Position numbers and translations under genes: made by a program
Shown: in pieces, positions 1 through 8,405 of the stretch
Numbering within the stretch: the stretch's first letter is position 1
How the letters are laid out: the number at the start of each line of letters is the position of its first letter
DNA from: Coleofasciculus sp. LEGE 07092
GTDB lineage: Bacteria > Cyanobacteriota > Cyanobacteriia > Cyanobacteriales > Coleofasciculaceae
Assembly: GCF_015207375.1 (NCBI RefSeq)
Contig: NZ_JADEWY010000043.1
Coordinates: 12,200 to 44,199, forward strand
DNA: 32,000 nt
Direction: 5' to 3'
Notes under the pieces: model-generated
Told to the model about the DNA's origin: nothing
Database searches by the model: none
What the model saw: only the letters and a program-made list of their open reading frames with translations

Positions 1-865
1 CCGTTAGCCCATGAGAACAAGCGTAGAAGTACAATGAAGCGGCGGCAATGACTGCTGCCTCAAAATCGTCCCAATGCCAATGGAACGAACTATCTAAACA
101 AATGATAATATCTTGGGAACCCGTAAAGACTTCTAACTCGCGTACCAGCAATTCCCCGTAACGAGCGCTAGTGCGCCAGTGAATGAGTCGGGTAGAATCT
201 CCCACCCGATAAGGTCGAAGCGATCGCGTCAGGTCTTCTGTAGCAGCGTGAGAGCGCCGATGGCTATAAATTTGGGGACTATCTTGCTGACCCATCTTAT
301 CCACTAAAGGACAATTAACTAGAGGTAGTACTGTCGGGTAAACAATGGCTACGGCTAAGGCAGTCTGACTGCGACGGCACCAAAACAATCCCAAAGGATT
401 GCCGGTTCTGAGTTGTACTTCATGCCATCGATACACGCCTCGTTTGTGAGTGGGATGGAAATAAACCCAGTGATGGGTACTGTGAGGCGGAATGCTTTCT
501 ACGGGTGTTTGTACGGGTTTTCCCAGTTCCGATTGCAAAACGTCCTGCACTTGCAACAGATTTTTTGGCTTAGACGTAGGATTTTCGATTTCCAGTTCAA
601 TCGTAAGCTGATCATTTACTGTTACTGGTGAGATGGGGCGTCGTTGGATGCGGAGGTGGCGCAGAGATCGCGGTGGCAGAAGTGCTGCCAGTCCCAACAG
701 GGCAAAAATGATGCCGCTGATGACATACAGCCACCCTGCCATCGTATTGGTAGCTGCCCCAAAGAAAGAAACAGCAATGCCCCCCAACAACCAACCGGCA
801 TAGGCGGGATTTACCCAGTGGGTTTCTAGCCAGTCAGTAGTGCGATTGATAATACTCATTCTCAT
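1..865 (-). CDS. DUF58 (vWA-like) domain protein, partial; the 3' end runs off the left edge of the window
   Basis: Absent from the ORF track because no stop lies in the window. My translation of the minus strand from ATG 865-863 gives MRMSIINRTTDWLETHWVNPAYAGWLLGGIAVSFFGAATNTMAGWLYVISGIIFALLGL (two TM helices). It continues to ...LRPYRVGDSTRLIHWRTSARYGELLVRELE, the R-x-Y-x-x-GD-x-x-R-x-IHWR-x-SA signature typical of DUF58. The frame stays open to position 1. Confidence 0.65.
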   Translation of the reverse strand, partial: MRMSIINRTTDWLETHWVNPAYAGWLLGGIAVSFFGAATNTMAGWLYVISGIIFALLGLAALLPPRSLRHLRIQRRPISPVTVNDQLTIELEIENPTSKPKNLLQVQDVLQSELGKPVQTPVESIPPHSTHHWVYFHPTHKRGVYRWHEVQLRTGNPLGLFWCRRSQTALAVAIVYPTVLPLVNCPLVDKMGQQDSPQIYSHRRSHAATEDLTRSLRPYRVGDSTRLIHWRTSARYGELLVRELEVFTGSQDIIICLDSSFHWHWDDFEAAVIAAASLYFYACSHGLT

Positions 866-976
866 CCAGCACTAAGTTTTGAACCTTGCGATCGCCTGAT
901 AGGATACTTTCTCTATCATCACATACCTCTAATTAATACAAATTTGTAGCTCAATTGCGTAATGAGAGAAATTTCC

Positions 977-1025
977 ACTCCCTACTCCCTACTCCCTACT
1001 CCCTACTCCCTACTCCCTACTCCCT
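977..1025. repeat. STRR-type heptamer tandem repeat (ACTCCCT)x7
   Basis: Seven perfect head-to-tail copies are read directly from the sequence. The array overlaps the stop codon of the permease gene. Confidence 0.95.
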
Positions 1026-1912
1026 TTTAGCTGTTCCAGTATTTTGGCAACCCACTTTACAGTTCCCGGTTCTGTCAAAATTCCTTGGGTAGGACTCAAC
1101 AAAAATGCTAGAACGAAGAAACCAAAGATAACCAGAACAATTGCCGGACCTGATGGCAAATCGAAGTGATAGCTCAAATACATTCCACCAATACCAGAAA
1201 TTATCCCAATTACCGCACCCAATCCCATCATGTGATGAAGTTCTTTGACTAATAGATAGGCGGTAGTTGCCGGACCAACCAGCAGGGCAATGACTAACAG
1301 AACTCCCACGGTTTGCATACTGCCAACGATGGTGAGCGTAATGGCACAGACTAAACCCAAATACATACTCGTTACGGGTAAGCCACTAGCTTGTGCTCCC
1401 AGCGGGTCAAAGGTATAAAACAAAAGTTCTTTGTAAAAAACTTTAGTCAATAGCAAAATTACAACCGTAATGACCAAAGTTTGCCAAACATCCGACGGTC
1501 TGACTCCTAGAATATCGCCAAAAAGGATAGAATTTAGGTCGGTTTGATTTGTTTTCAGTAAGGAGATGAGAATAACTCCCAACGCCAAAAAACTACTTAA
1601 AATCAGTGCCATTGCTGCGTCTAATTTGATTCGCGATCGCTTGTGAATCCCTGCAACCAACAAAGCACTGAGAGTACCCGAAATAAACGCACCTAAAGAC
1701 AGATATTGCTCTCCAAAAAAAAAGGCAATCGATAGTCCGGGGACGACGGCATGGGAAATCTCTGCGGCAATCATACTCATTTGTTGCACAATCAAGTAAC
1801 TGCCCACGACGGCACTTAAAATACCGAGTAAAACTGCCGTAGCGATCGCATTTCTCATAAACTCGAAACTGAGAGGCTCAATGAGCCACGCTATCATAAA
1901 ATTACCCCACAA
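1010..1912 (-). CDS. Metal (Zn/Mn) ABC transporter permease, ABC-3 family (ZnuB/MntB-like)
   Basis: The 300-aa ORF is very hydrophobic with about 8-9 TM segments and lies directly downstream of the cognate ATPase gene. The real start is probably the internal Met at 1897 (MIAWLIEP...). The last codons and the TAG stop lie inside the heptamer array. Confidence 0.8.
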   Translation of the reverse strand: MWGNFMIAWLIEPLSFEFMRNAIATAVLLGILSAVVGSYLIVQQMSMIAAEISHAVVPGLSIAFFFGEQYLSLGAFISGTLSALLVAGIHKRSRIKLDAAMALILSSFLALGVILISLLKTNQTDLNSILFGDILGVRPSDVWQTLVITVVILLLTKVFYKELLFYTFDPLGAQASGLPVTSMYLGLVCAITLTIVGSMQTVGVLLVIALLVGPATTAYLLVKELHHMMGLGAVIGIISGIGGMYLSYHFDLPSGPAIVLVIFGFFVLAFLLSPTQGILTEPGTVKWVAKILEQLKGSRE

Positions 1913-1982
1913 CTAGTAAAATCGAAGCCTGATAGCTATCTCTCAGACTATTTTTCAAGTAACCGATAATTGTGAGTATTAC

Positions 1983-2702
1983 CTATACCATGACAAGGCT
2001 CATTACTTGACCGTAAGCATTTTTAAGATTCTCTCTGGTTAGAACGTCTGTCTTTGAACCCACAGCGATAATTTTCTTGTTTAGCAATAAAAAGCGATCA
2101 TAGTACTCTAAATTTTCTCCTAAATCGTGGCTAATCACTACTATGATTTTATTGTTCTGCTTGAGTTCAGATAAAATGTCAAAAATAATTTCTTCGGTCT
2201 TTTTATCTATACCTGCAAACGGTTCGTCAAAACATAACAAATCGGCTTGTTGAGCGATCGCCCTTGCCAGAAATACCCGCTGCTGCTGTCCACCCGACAG
2301 TTCACCAATCTGACGATTGCGGTACTCCAACATACCAACCCGTTTCAGGGCATCTATAGCAATCTCTTTAGATTGGCGGCTGGGTTCTCTAAACCAACCC
2401 GTATGGACTGTACGACCCATCATCACTACATTTCGCACCGCGATTGGGTAATCCCAGTCTATTTGATTGCGCTGCGGCACGTAAGCCACACGCCGCAATT
2501 GGCTTTTCAGTGGTTTTGAGCAAAACTTTACCACACCGCTAGTTACGGGAATTAGTCCTAGAATCGCCTTAAGCAGAGTACTTTTACCCGCGCCGTTAGG
2601 ACCGAACAAACCAGTCAGTTGTCCGGGTTGCAGGGAAAAGGAGACGCTGCTAATCGCCTCGGTATCCCGATACCGAACTGCCAAATTTTGGACTTCGAGC
2701 AT
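1983..2702 (-). CDS. Metal ABC transporter ATP-binding protein (ZnuC/MntA-like)
   Basis: Carries Walker A GPNGAGKST, ABC signature LSGGQQQR, Walker B LLCFDEP and H-loop ISHD. At 239 aa it has the typical size for metal-type ABC ATPases. Confidence 0.85.
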   Translation of the reverse strand: MLEVQNLAVRYRDTEAISSVSFSLQPGQLTGLFGPNGAGKSTLLKAILGLIPVTSGVVKFCSKPLKSQLRRVAYVPQRNQIDWDYPIAVRNVVMMGRTVHTGWFREPSRQSKEIAIDALKRVGMLEYRNRQIGELSGGQQQRVFLARAIAQQADLLCFDEPFAGIDKKTEEIIFDILSELKQNNKIIVVISHDLGENLEYYDRFLLLNKKIIAVGSKTDVLTRENLKNAYGQVMSLVMV

Positions 2703-2712
2703 TACTAAATAT

Positions 2713-2765
2713 GAGAATGACTACCATTAACAAATTATGCCTTAAATATAAGGATAATCATTCTC
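2713..2765 (-). promoter_or_regulatory. Proximal Fur/Zur-like operator region upstream of the ABC ATPase gene
   Basis: GAGAATGACTACCATT (2713-2728) and GATAATCATTCTC (2753-2765) are both built from Fur-type GATAAT/ATCATT hexamers. GAGAATGA (2713-2720) and TCATTCTC (2758-2765) are exact inverted repeats. On the minus strand a TATATT -10-like hexamer lies between them. Confidence 0.4.
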
Positions 2766-2846
2766 GTATTTAATTGAGAGAGTTAGTTATAGCTATAACA
2801 GGCTTACCGCCAAAGAAAACCAAAGGGTGACTCTTGTCCTTATAAA

Positions 2847-2865
2847 GATAATGATTATCATTCAA
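2847..2865 (-). promoter_or_regulatory. Fur/Zur box (distal), GATAATGATTATCATTCAA
   Basis: By my count it matches the classical 19-bp Fur consensus GATAATGATAATCATTATC at 15 of 19 positions. The core AATGAT-T-ATCATT is a perfect 6-1-6 palindrome. On the minus strand it is followed 2 nt later by TATAAG, a -10-like hexamer. Confidence 0.5.
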
Positions 2866-2904
2866 AGGGGTTCTTCGCTCTCAATCGTTCAATAGAACAG
2901 AACC

Positions 2905-3987
2905 CTATTCCTCACTGTCCTGAAAGACTTCCGAAGAAAACATCTCCGTCAATGTGCGCAGGTAGGATAAAAACACTGCCATATCGTCGGGGGGCAAGCG
3001 ATTGTACATTTCCCACCCCATTATTTTCAGCATTTCCTGCACTAGTCTCCAACTCACCCGTAAACGAGGGTATAACATGATGCAAAGGGGAAAGAGTTCT
3101 CGCTGCACCGAACGGATATCATCTTCTAAAACGCAAAGGCACAGATAAATCTGGAACATCTCCACATCGCGGATACTGGCAATTTTGACGATATTGCTAT
3201 TGAGACGACCGCTGTAGCTTTCATAGCTGGGATTGAGACGGCAGACTTGCTGGCAAACCGATGTGGCAATTTTAGAACTAGCGGGTAGAAGATGCTGAAC
3301 AGCAACAAGAGACGGAGAATTAAAGGGATGGTTGGCAGCGGCTCCATAGGCAGCGTGTAGTGGCATATACATATGGTCATCCATCACCTTTAGGTAAGGC
3401 GACCACAGCTTTTGTTCCGCACGTGAAAGCCAACTGAGTAACTTTTGCCCCGTGTAGTGAAACTGCATACTAACAAAGCCAATGGCACGGCGGTCAACGC
3501 TGGTGTATTTCTGCCGAACTTGACCGAAGTCTTTCCCCACAATTACGGACAGGCGGCGAGGGGTAAAGCCTTGAGCGTAGGCATCAAGGGTTTTGTGAAA
3601 CAGATAGCGAGTATCAGCGGCAATTTCCAAAGGATTGACTAAGTTTGGGTCAACGCCGTGACGCCGAATTTCTTCAGAGAGTAAGTTTTCTGTCTCAGAC
3701 CAAGCTTGAGCACTGGCTAAGGTCAGGTTTTGCATTAGCTTCTCAGTAGTGCGTTCTCGACCCTCTTTAGAGGTTACTTCCTTGAAATCGTCGGTTTCCT
3801 CTAACGGCGACGACTCGTCCTCTTGGGCAGTAACGGAAACATAGTATTTCCGCGCCCAGAGAACTGCCAGAGAATGAACATTTGATTTTTGGGAAGTCGT
3901 GTTTTTGGAAGTCGTGTCTAAAGAAGAACGGTCTTCAACGGGAGATTTGGAAGCTGAATGTCCTGGCGATGCCAATGGATAATTCAT
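2905..3987 (-). CDS. Hypothetical protein (family not recognised)
   Basis: Long 360-aa ORF with only short shadow ORFs opposing it. It has a Ser/Thr/Glu-rich, low-complexity N-terminal ~100 aa followed by a globular-looking region. Confidence 0.6.
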   Translation of the reverse strand: MNYPLASPGHSASKSPVEDRSSLDTTSKNTTSQKSNVHSLAVLWARKYYVSVTAQEDESSPLEETDDFKEVTSKEGRERTTEKLMQNLTLASAQAWSETENLLSEEIRRHGVDPNLVNPLEIAADTRYLFHKTLDAYAQGFTPRRLSVIVGKDFGQVRQKYTSVDRRAIGFVSMQFHYTGQKLLSWLSRAEQKLWSPYLKVMDDHMYMPLHAAYGAAANHPFNSPSLVAVQHLLPASSKIATSVCQQVCRLNPSYESYSGRLNSNIVKIASIRDVEMFQIYLCLCVLEDDIRSVQRELFPLCIMLYPRLRVSWRLVQEMLKIMGWEMYNRLPPDDMAVFLSYLRTLTEMFSSEVFQDSEE

Positions 3988-4349
3988 AAAGTAAATCCTG
4001 GTGGAAACTAAATTCCCTTGGATGAAAAGGATAGAGAGGTAAGTCTCTCTTGCCTGCTAACGAATAGGAGAGGTAGAGGACTAGGGAAGCATCCTTTCCT
4101 CTTTGGATTTTAAAGTTTAGATTTTGGAGTGAGTTCTAGGAGAGCCGATTGTGCCTATGCATATCCCTCAGCCCTAGGACGGTTCTCGAGTTGCTACCCT
4201 GATTTGGCTCAAAAACGGCTTTTGTCATATTTTTACTTTTTTTGTATTCCATAATACATTAAAGTGTTGATTGTTAAAAGAAATAACTATTTCTCATTTA
4301 TGTTCTGGCAGGTTGGCACAAGCTAAGGGGTGTCAAAGCTTGATAAGCC

Positions 4350-4367
4350 TAATAGCGATCGCTATTA
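4350..4367. repeat. HIP1-centred 18-bp perfect palindrome TAATAGCGATCGCTATTA
   Basis: Read directly from the sequence. GCGATCGC (HIP1) occurs many times across the window, which is a cyanobacterial genome signature. Confidence 0.9.
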
Positions 4368-4449
4368 GAGTGACTGGCGATGAGGGATTAGAGACTCTCA
4401 GAAACCTGATGGGCTGAATGGATGAGTGACTTAGATCACTTTGAACAAG

Positions 4450-5373
4450 TTACTGCGCCCATTGCCGTAAGAGATAAGCGTAGTATAGCTCCTTATTTAC
4501 TTTATCCATAGCCCAAATTTTTCTGCCATCCTTCTCTAGCTTGATTTTTCCCTGACTCAAACCCGTCGTTACGATCGCACTTTCCCATTCCCGCAGTTCA
4601 AAAAACTCTGGATGAGCGAGATAGGTGGTAGCCAGAACGTCCCAGAAGTAATAATCTTGGGGGATAACAAGGGCGTAACACTGTCCGGCAAAATCTGAGA
4701 GAGGATACTGACGCTGTTTACCTAACTGACGAACAAACTCGGAGGTAACGGGGACAGTGTTAGTGATGTCGAGGGGACACAGGATGATGGGAATCTGGGT
4801 TTGCCAAACCCGATGCACGGCGAGAGAGTCCCAGTAGGCATTCCATTCGGCTGAACCGTCCTGTCCCGCTTCTAGGCTTTTTTCAACGTTGCCAGGAACG
4901 TTGATAGCTCCTCCCATCCAGACAAGTTGCTCAATTTTGGCTTCGATTTCCGGTGCTAGGTCGAGGGCGGTGGCAAGGGTCGTTAATGGTCCTGTTACCA
5001 TGAGTGTGACAGGTTGAGCAGCACTTAAAAGCGATCGCACCATAAAGTCTTGACCCGTTTCTCTCAGCAGAGGAGTCTGAATCGATTCGTGTTGGTTGAG
5101 AATCGGCAGATGATCGACAATAAAAGAATCGCGGCGGTAGAGAGTAGGGAAGGGATTGATACCCCGTACTGTACTTTCGGCAACAGGAATATCCGAACGT
5201 CCCATCAAATCTAGAATTTTGCGAGTGGCGCTGACAGCAGGTTGAATGTAGCAGTCGGCAGGGGTGACAATGATACCTAAGGGTTGGATGTGTTCCATCG
5301 TCAGCAGCAGTAGGGTAGCGAGATAGTCATCCACACCGCCATCGTGATCTAGAATTACCAGTGGTTTGGACAT
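4450..5373 (-). CDS. Nucleoside hydrolase (inosine/uridine-preferring, IUNH family)
   Basis: The N-terminal aspartate cluster ILDHDGGVDD (DxDxxxDD) is characteristic of IU-nucleoside hydrolases, and 307 aa is the typical length. Confidence 0.8.
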   Translation of the reverse strand: MSKPLVILDHDGGVDDYLATLLLLTMEHIQPLGIIVTPADCYIQPAVSATRKILDLMGRSDIPVAESTVRGINPFPTLYRRDSFIVDHLPILNQHESIQTPLLRETGQDFMVRSLLSAAQPVTLMVTGPLTTLATALDLAPEIEAKIEQLVWMGGAINVPGNVEKSLEAGQDGSAEWNAYWDSLAVHRVWQTQIPIILCPLDITNTVPVTSEFVRQLGKQRQYPLSDFAGQCYALVIPQDYYFWDVLATTYLAHPEFFELREWESAIVTTGLSQGKIKLEKDGRKIWAMDKVNKELYYAYLLRQWAQ

Positions 5374-5500
5374 AGTGTTAAGTAGCTCAGCACCATTAAA
5401 TTTAACAAGTGAGGGTCGTCATTTGTCATTGGTTATTTGTCCTGGTTTGACATGGGACTTCTCGCGGAAACGTTTAAGTACTGCGAGGTGAAATAGTGAT

Positions 5501-6604
5501 TTGGTGAAGAAAATACTCAATAGATTTATCCTCTGGTTTAGGAAGCTTTCGTTTAAGCTAGTCAACGGGTTGTGGAAGTTACCAACTTGGTCAGTTGTTG
5601 TGGGTGCAATCCTGCTTTTAATAGGAGTTATCCTTACTACTGATGAACAACCTCAACTCTCCAAGATTCTGAATAATGTTGAAGCAATTAGTATTCTTGC
5701 CGCTGTTGTTGTCTTCTTCAAAGAAACTCCTAATCGAAAAAAGCAATTTTACTACCAAGCGTGGCGCACGATAGATACAGCGCACGGATTAAAAACCAGC
5801 TATGCAAGAGTTCAAGCACTGCAAGATTTAAACGAAGAGGGTGTCAGCTTAAGAGGATTAAACAGTCCTGGAGTTGATCTACAACGGATTAACTTACATC
5901 GAGCGTTTCTCTACGAAGCCATCCTCGAAGGAACCAACCTCCTTGCAGCCGACCTCAGTAGCAGTAACCTGAACAAAGCTAACCTCAATGCAGCCAACCT
6001 CAGTGAAGCCAACCTCAATAGAGCTGATCTCTGTGGAGCCAATTTGACTGGAGCTAATTTGAGTGAAGCTGACCTTTGTGGAGCTGACCTCATTGGCGCT
6101 CAACTCAGTCTAAGCAACCTGATGGGAGCTAATTTGAAGGAAGCCGACCTCAGTAGAGCTGACCTCGATAGAGCCAACCTTGGTAGAACCAACTTGACTA
6201 GAGCGGATCTGATTGGCACCAACCTGAATCAAGCTGATCTCAGTGGAGCCGACTTGAGTGGAGCCGACCTCAGTGGAGCCAATCTCAGTGGAGCAACCCT
6301 GATTGGCACCAACTTGAGTGGAGCCGACCTCAGTGAAGTCAATCTGAGTGGAGCTAACTTGAGTGGAGCTAACTTGAGCGAAGCTGACCTGAGTGGAGCC
6401 GACTTGAGTGGAGCCAACTTGAGCGAAGCGAATCTCCTAGGAGCCTACCTCAGTGAAGCCGAGCTTTTTGGTGCAAACCTGAAGAAAACTAACCTGCACA
6501 CAACCAAGTTTTTAACTCCAGCCCAAATTAAATCTGCGCAAAATTGGCAGATCGGTAACTATAATGAGCAACTCCGCAAAAAACTAAACTTACCGCCAGA
6601 CTAA
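5501..6604 (+). CDS. Membrane-anchored pentapeptide-repeat protein
   Basis: N-terminal hydrophobic segments are followed by more than 40 consecutive A(D/N)LxX pentapeptides (ANLSGANLSEADLSGADL...). The track start is TTG at 5501, and a GTG follows at 5504. Confidence 0.9.
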   Translation: MVKKILNRFILWFRKLSFKLVNGLWKLPTWSVVVGAILLLIGVILTTDEQPQLSKILNNVEAISILAAVVVFFKETPNRKKQFYYQAWRTIDTAHGLKTSYARVQALQDLNEEGVSLRGLNSPGVDLQRINLHRAFLYEAILEGTNLLAADLSSSNLNKANLNAANLSEANLNRADLCGANLTGANLSEADLCGADLIGAQLSLSNLMGANLKEADLSRADLDRANLGRTNLTRADLIGTNLNQADLSGADLSGADLSGANLSGATLIGTNLSGADLSEVNLSGANLSGANLSEADLSGADLSGANLSEANLLGAYLSEAELFGANLKKTNLHTTKFLTPAQIKSAQNWQIGNYNEQLRKKLNLPPD

Positions 6605-6731
6605 AGATTGGGTGAATCTAAGATCTTGCACCAATTGCAACAATCTGCCAGTGGTTAAAACCACTATTGGTAACAATTTAAAAAAGTGTGCTTTTTGTCA
6701 ATGAGTCAATATACTCAATGGTTTTGTTGTG

Positions 6732-6750
6732 GAGAATGATAATCATACCC
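6732..6750 (+). promoter_or_regulatory. Fur/Zur-like box GAGAATGATAATCATACCC abutting a TTGACA -35 hexamer
   Basis: Matches the 19-bp Fur consensus at 15 of 19 positions by my count. TTGACA follows at 6751-6756. It lies upstream of the HTH-GAF gene. Confidence 0.4.
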
Positions 6751-7014
6751 TTGACAAGTGGGAGAAAAACTAGCTGTACTCGCCTTTTTCCCTACTTATC
6801 ACGATTATTATTATCAAACCTTGTCATCAACTGGGGTTAAGAGACAGAATTCTCAACTTACCGTTAATAGTAGCGGTAGTATTAACCTTGAAAAGTCAGT
6901 AGTCTCGATGATCAGCAGGGAGCGTAAAGATTTTTACCCTAAACCATAGAAAATTTCTTGATTCTAGGCATTCTAGTCTATGATTGGATTGAATTAGATT
7001 TTCAATATTTTTAT

Positions 7015-7974
7015 ATGTCAAACTATTATAGCGTACATCCTAACTCCATTCAAAAAGTTCAATTAGCCTGGAAGCGCAAGAGTAATGGATGGGATCACCA
7101 ACTAGCTGAAGAATTAGGGATATCGCTGCAAACGGTTAATCTTTTCCTAAAGGGTCAACCCATCGCGCAGCTAAATTTTGTATTAATCTGCCAAGTATTA
7201 GGGATGAATTGGCAAGAAATTGCCGGGATGAATATACCCGAAAATGCCCTAACTACTTCACCTATAGAAGTGAAGCTTTTGGAAATGGATGACAATCTCA
7301 ATCCATCAGAAAAGAGTAGGATTGTTGATGAAGCCCTAAGAGATTTAGTCAGAACACTCTGTGAAATGTTAAGCCGGATAACCCGAAAAGCTGGAGATTT
7401 ATTAAAGGCAGACCGGACTAGTATTTTTTTACTGGATAGAGAACGCCAACAACTCGGTTCAATCATTGCTGAAGATGGTGGTGGTGGTTCTCTTTTAATC
7501 GATTTACCTGTGGATAAAGGAATAGCCAGTTTAGCTGCTACATCCTTAAACACTATTAATATTCCATTTGATGTCTATGAAGATCCACGCTCTGAAGTCG
7601 CCAAACGTGTTGATGAAAGGACAGGATACCGTACCTATACCATTCTGGCTTGGCCCCTGTTAAATGAACAAAAAGATTTAGTAGCCGTTGTGCAATTACT
7701 TAACAAGCTAAAGCCAAATTATAACCCAAACGATGATTTATTAATAAGAATTGATCCGCATGGATTTACATCAGAGGATGAAGCGGTGTTTGCTAAATTT
7801 GTCCCTTCAATTATTAAAGTTCTTGAACGATGCCAGTTTTGCTATCAACTTGCCCAGAAACTGAGCAGAGACATTGCCCCCTTTCAATCGGGTGTGGGTT
7901 TAAAAGAGTCTGAACTCATTGCTCAACTCAGACGACAGGAGAAACAATTGCGGCAAATACTCCAACGAATTTAA
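7015..7974 (+). CDS. HTH + GAF domain protein
   Basis: The N-terminal segment QLAEELGISLQTVNLFLKGQPIAQLNFVLICQVLGMNWQEIAG resembles the HTH that heads many cyanobacterial signalling and STAND proteins. The C-terminal ~160 aa is GAF-like (ADRTSIFLLDRERQQLGS...ILAWPLLNEQKDLVAVVQLLNK). The track start at 6958 is TTG, and the first ATG is at 7015. Confidence 0.65.
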   Translation: MSNYYSVHPNSIQKVQLAWKRKSNGWDHQLAEELGISLQTVNLFLKGQPIAQLNFVLICQVLGMNWQEIAGMNIPENALTTSPIEVKLLEMDDNLNPSEKSRIVDEALRDLVRTLCEMLSRITRKAGDLLKADRTSIFLLDRERQQLGSIIAEDGGGGSLLIDLPVDKGIASLAATSLNTINIPFDVYEDPRSEVAKRVDERTGYRTYTILAWPLLNEQKDLVAVVQLLNKLKPNYNPNDDLLIRIDPHGFTSEDEAVFAKFVPSIIKVLERCQFCYQLAQKLSRDIAPFQSGVGLKESELIAQLRRQEKQLRQILQRI

Positions 7975-8016
7975 GCCCAACAAATGGTGCTATGGAAAAG
8001 ATTGTGGGAGGGAGTC

Positions 8017-8107
8017 TTTACCCGCATTCTCTACGCCGGACTTCGTGCCGCTAACGCTTTACTCGCTTCGTGATCGCACTCCTCGGAGCCTTTCCCTGCA
8101 GGGTAAA
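8017..8107. repeat. MITE-like small palindromic element
   Basis: Terminal inverted repeats TTTACCC (8017-8023) and GGGTAAA (8101-8107) enclose GC-rich stem-forming sequence (cgctaacgc, tcgcttcgtgatcgc) of the kind scattered in Nostocales-type genomes. Confidence 0.4.
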
Positions 8108-8130
8108 CATATCAGTCATCAGGCAAGTTC

Positions 8131-8359
8131 TCAAAACTGGCAAATATTTGGGGGACTGACTGGGCAAGTTGGCAGTGCGTTAGCGGAGCTATCCGAAGGA
8201 ATCGGATTGTCTCCAAGAGAAAGCGATTCTAGGTTTATGAGTCCTGCTAGAGGAGTGATATCTGTGATTTGGTTATTATGGAGGTGAAGCGACTCCCCAT
8301 CCCCAACCACTGAACACCCACATACTGATCATCAGAGCAACGGTACTAGTTGATTTCAT
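8131..8359 (-). pseudogene. Relic paralogue of the LRR gene at 9546-10172 (signal peptide plus last LRRs, internally deleted and frameshifted)
   Basis: Minus-strand ATG 8359 gives MKSTSTVALMISMWVFSGWGWGVASPP*, versus MKSTSAVAVMISMWVFSGWGVAHAAEP in the intact gene. The +1 frame continues LHLHNNQITDITPLAGLINLESLSLGDNPI... to TGA at 8133-8131. Relative to the intact gene's gtcgctcac, the relic reads gtcgcttcac, a 1-nt insertion. The 5' leader gagttcatcaac is also shared. Confidence 0.7.
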
Positions 8360-8405
8360 GGTTGATGAACTCCCTATAAAATATTGTCTTTAAATTGCCA
8401 GATGC

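Noticed and set aside
413-829. ORFs 413-631(+), 612-794(-) and 644-829(+)
   Set aside because: All three lie inside, or in alternative frames of, the longer edge-truncated DUF58 CDS on the minus strand, which has recognisable motifs.
2247-3642. ORFs 2247-2519(+), 3126-3380(-) and 3445-3642(+)
   Set aside because: They are embedded in, or antisense to, the ABC ATPase gene and the 360-aa ORF, and they have no motifs.
5894-6417. Three antisense ORFs (5894-6103, 5911-6093, 6229-6417) inside the pentapeptide-repeat gene
   Set aside because: These are shadow ORFs produced by the 15-nt periodic repeat. Their low-complexity products (SAPLK..., VSSTE...) lie wholly within a well-supported CDS.
6758-6949. 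63-aa ORF upstream of the HTH-GAF gene
   Set aside because: It has a GTG start, no RBS, an odd composition and no recognisable family, so it is more likely part of the long 5' leader.
7919-8287. 122-aa plus-strand ORF
   Set aside because: It overlaps the end of the HTH-GAF gene, then runs through the MITE-like element and the antisense of the LRR relic. It has no coding-like features of its own.
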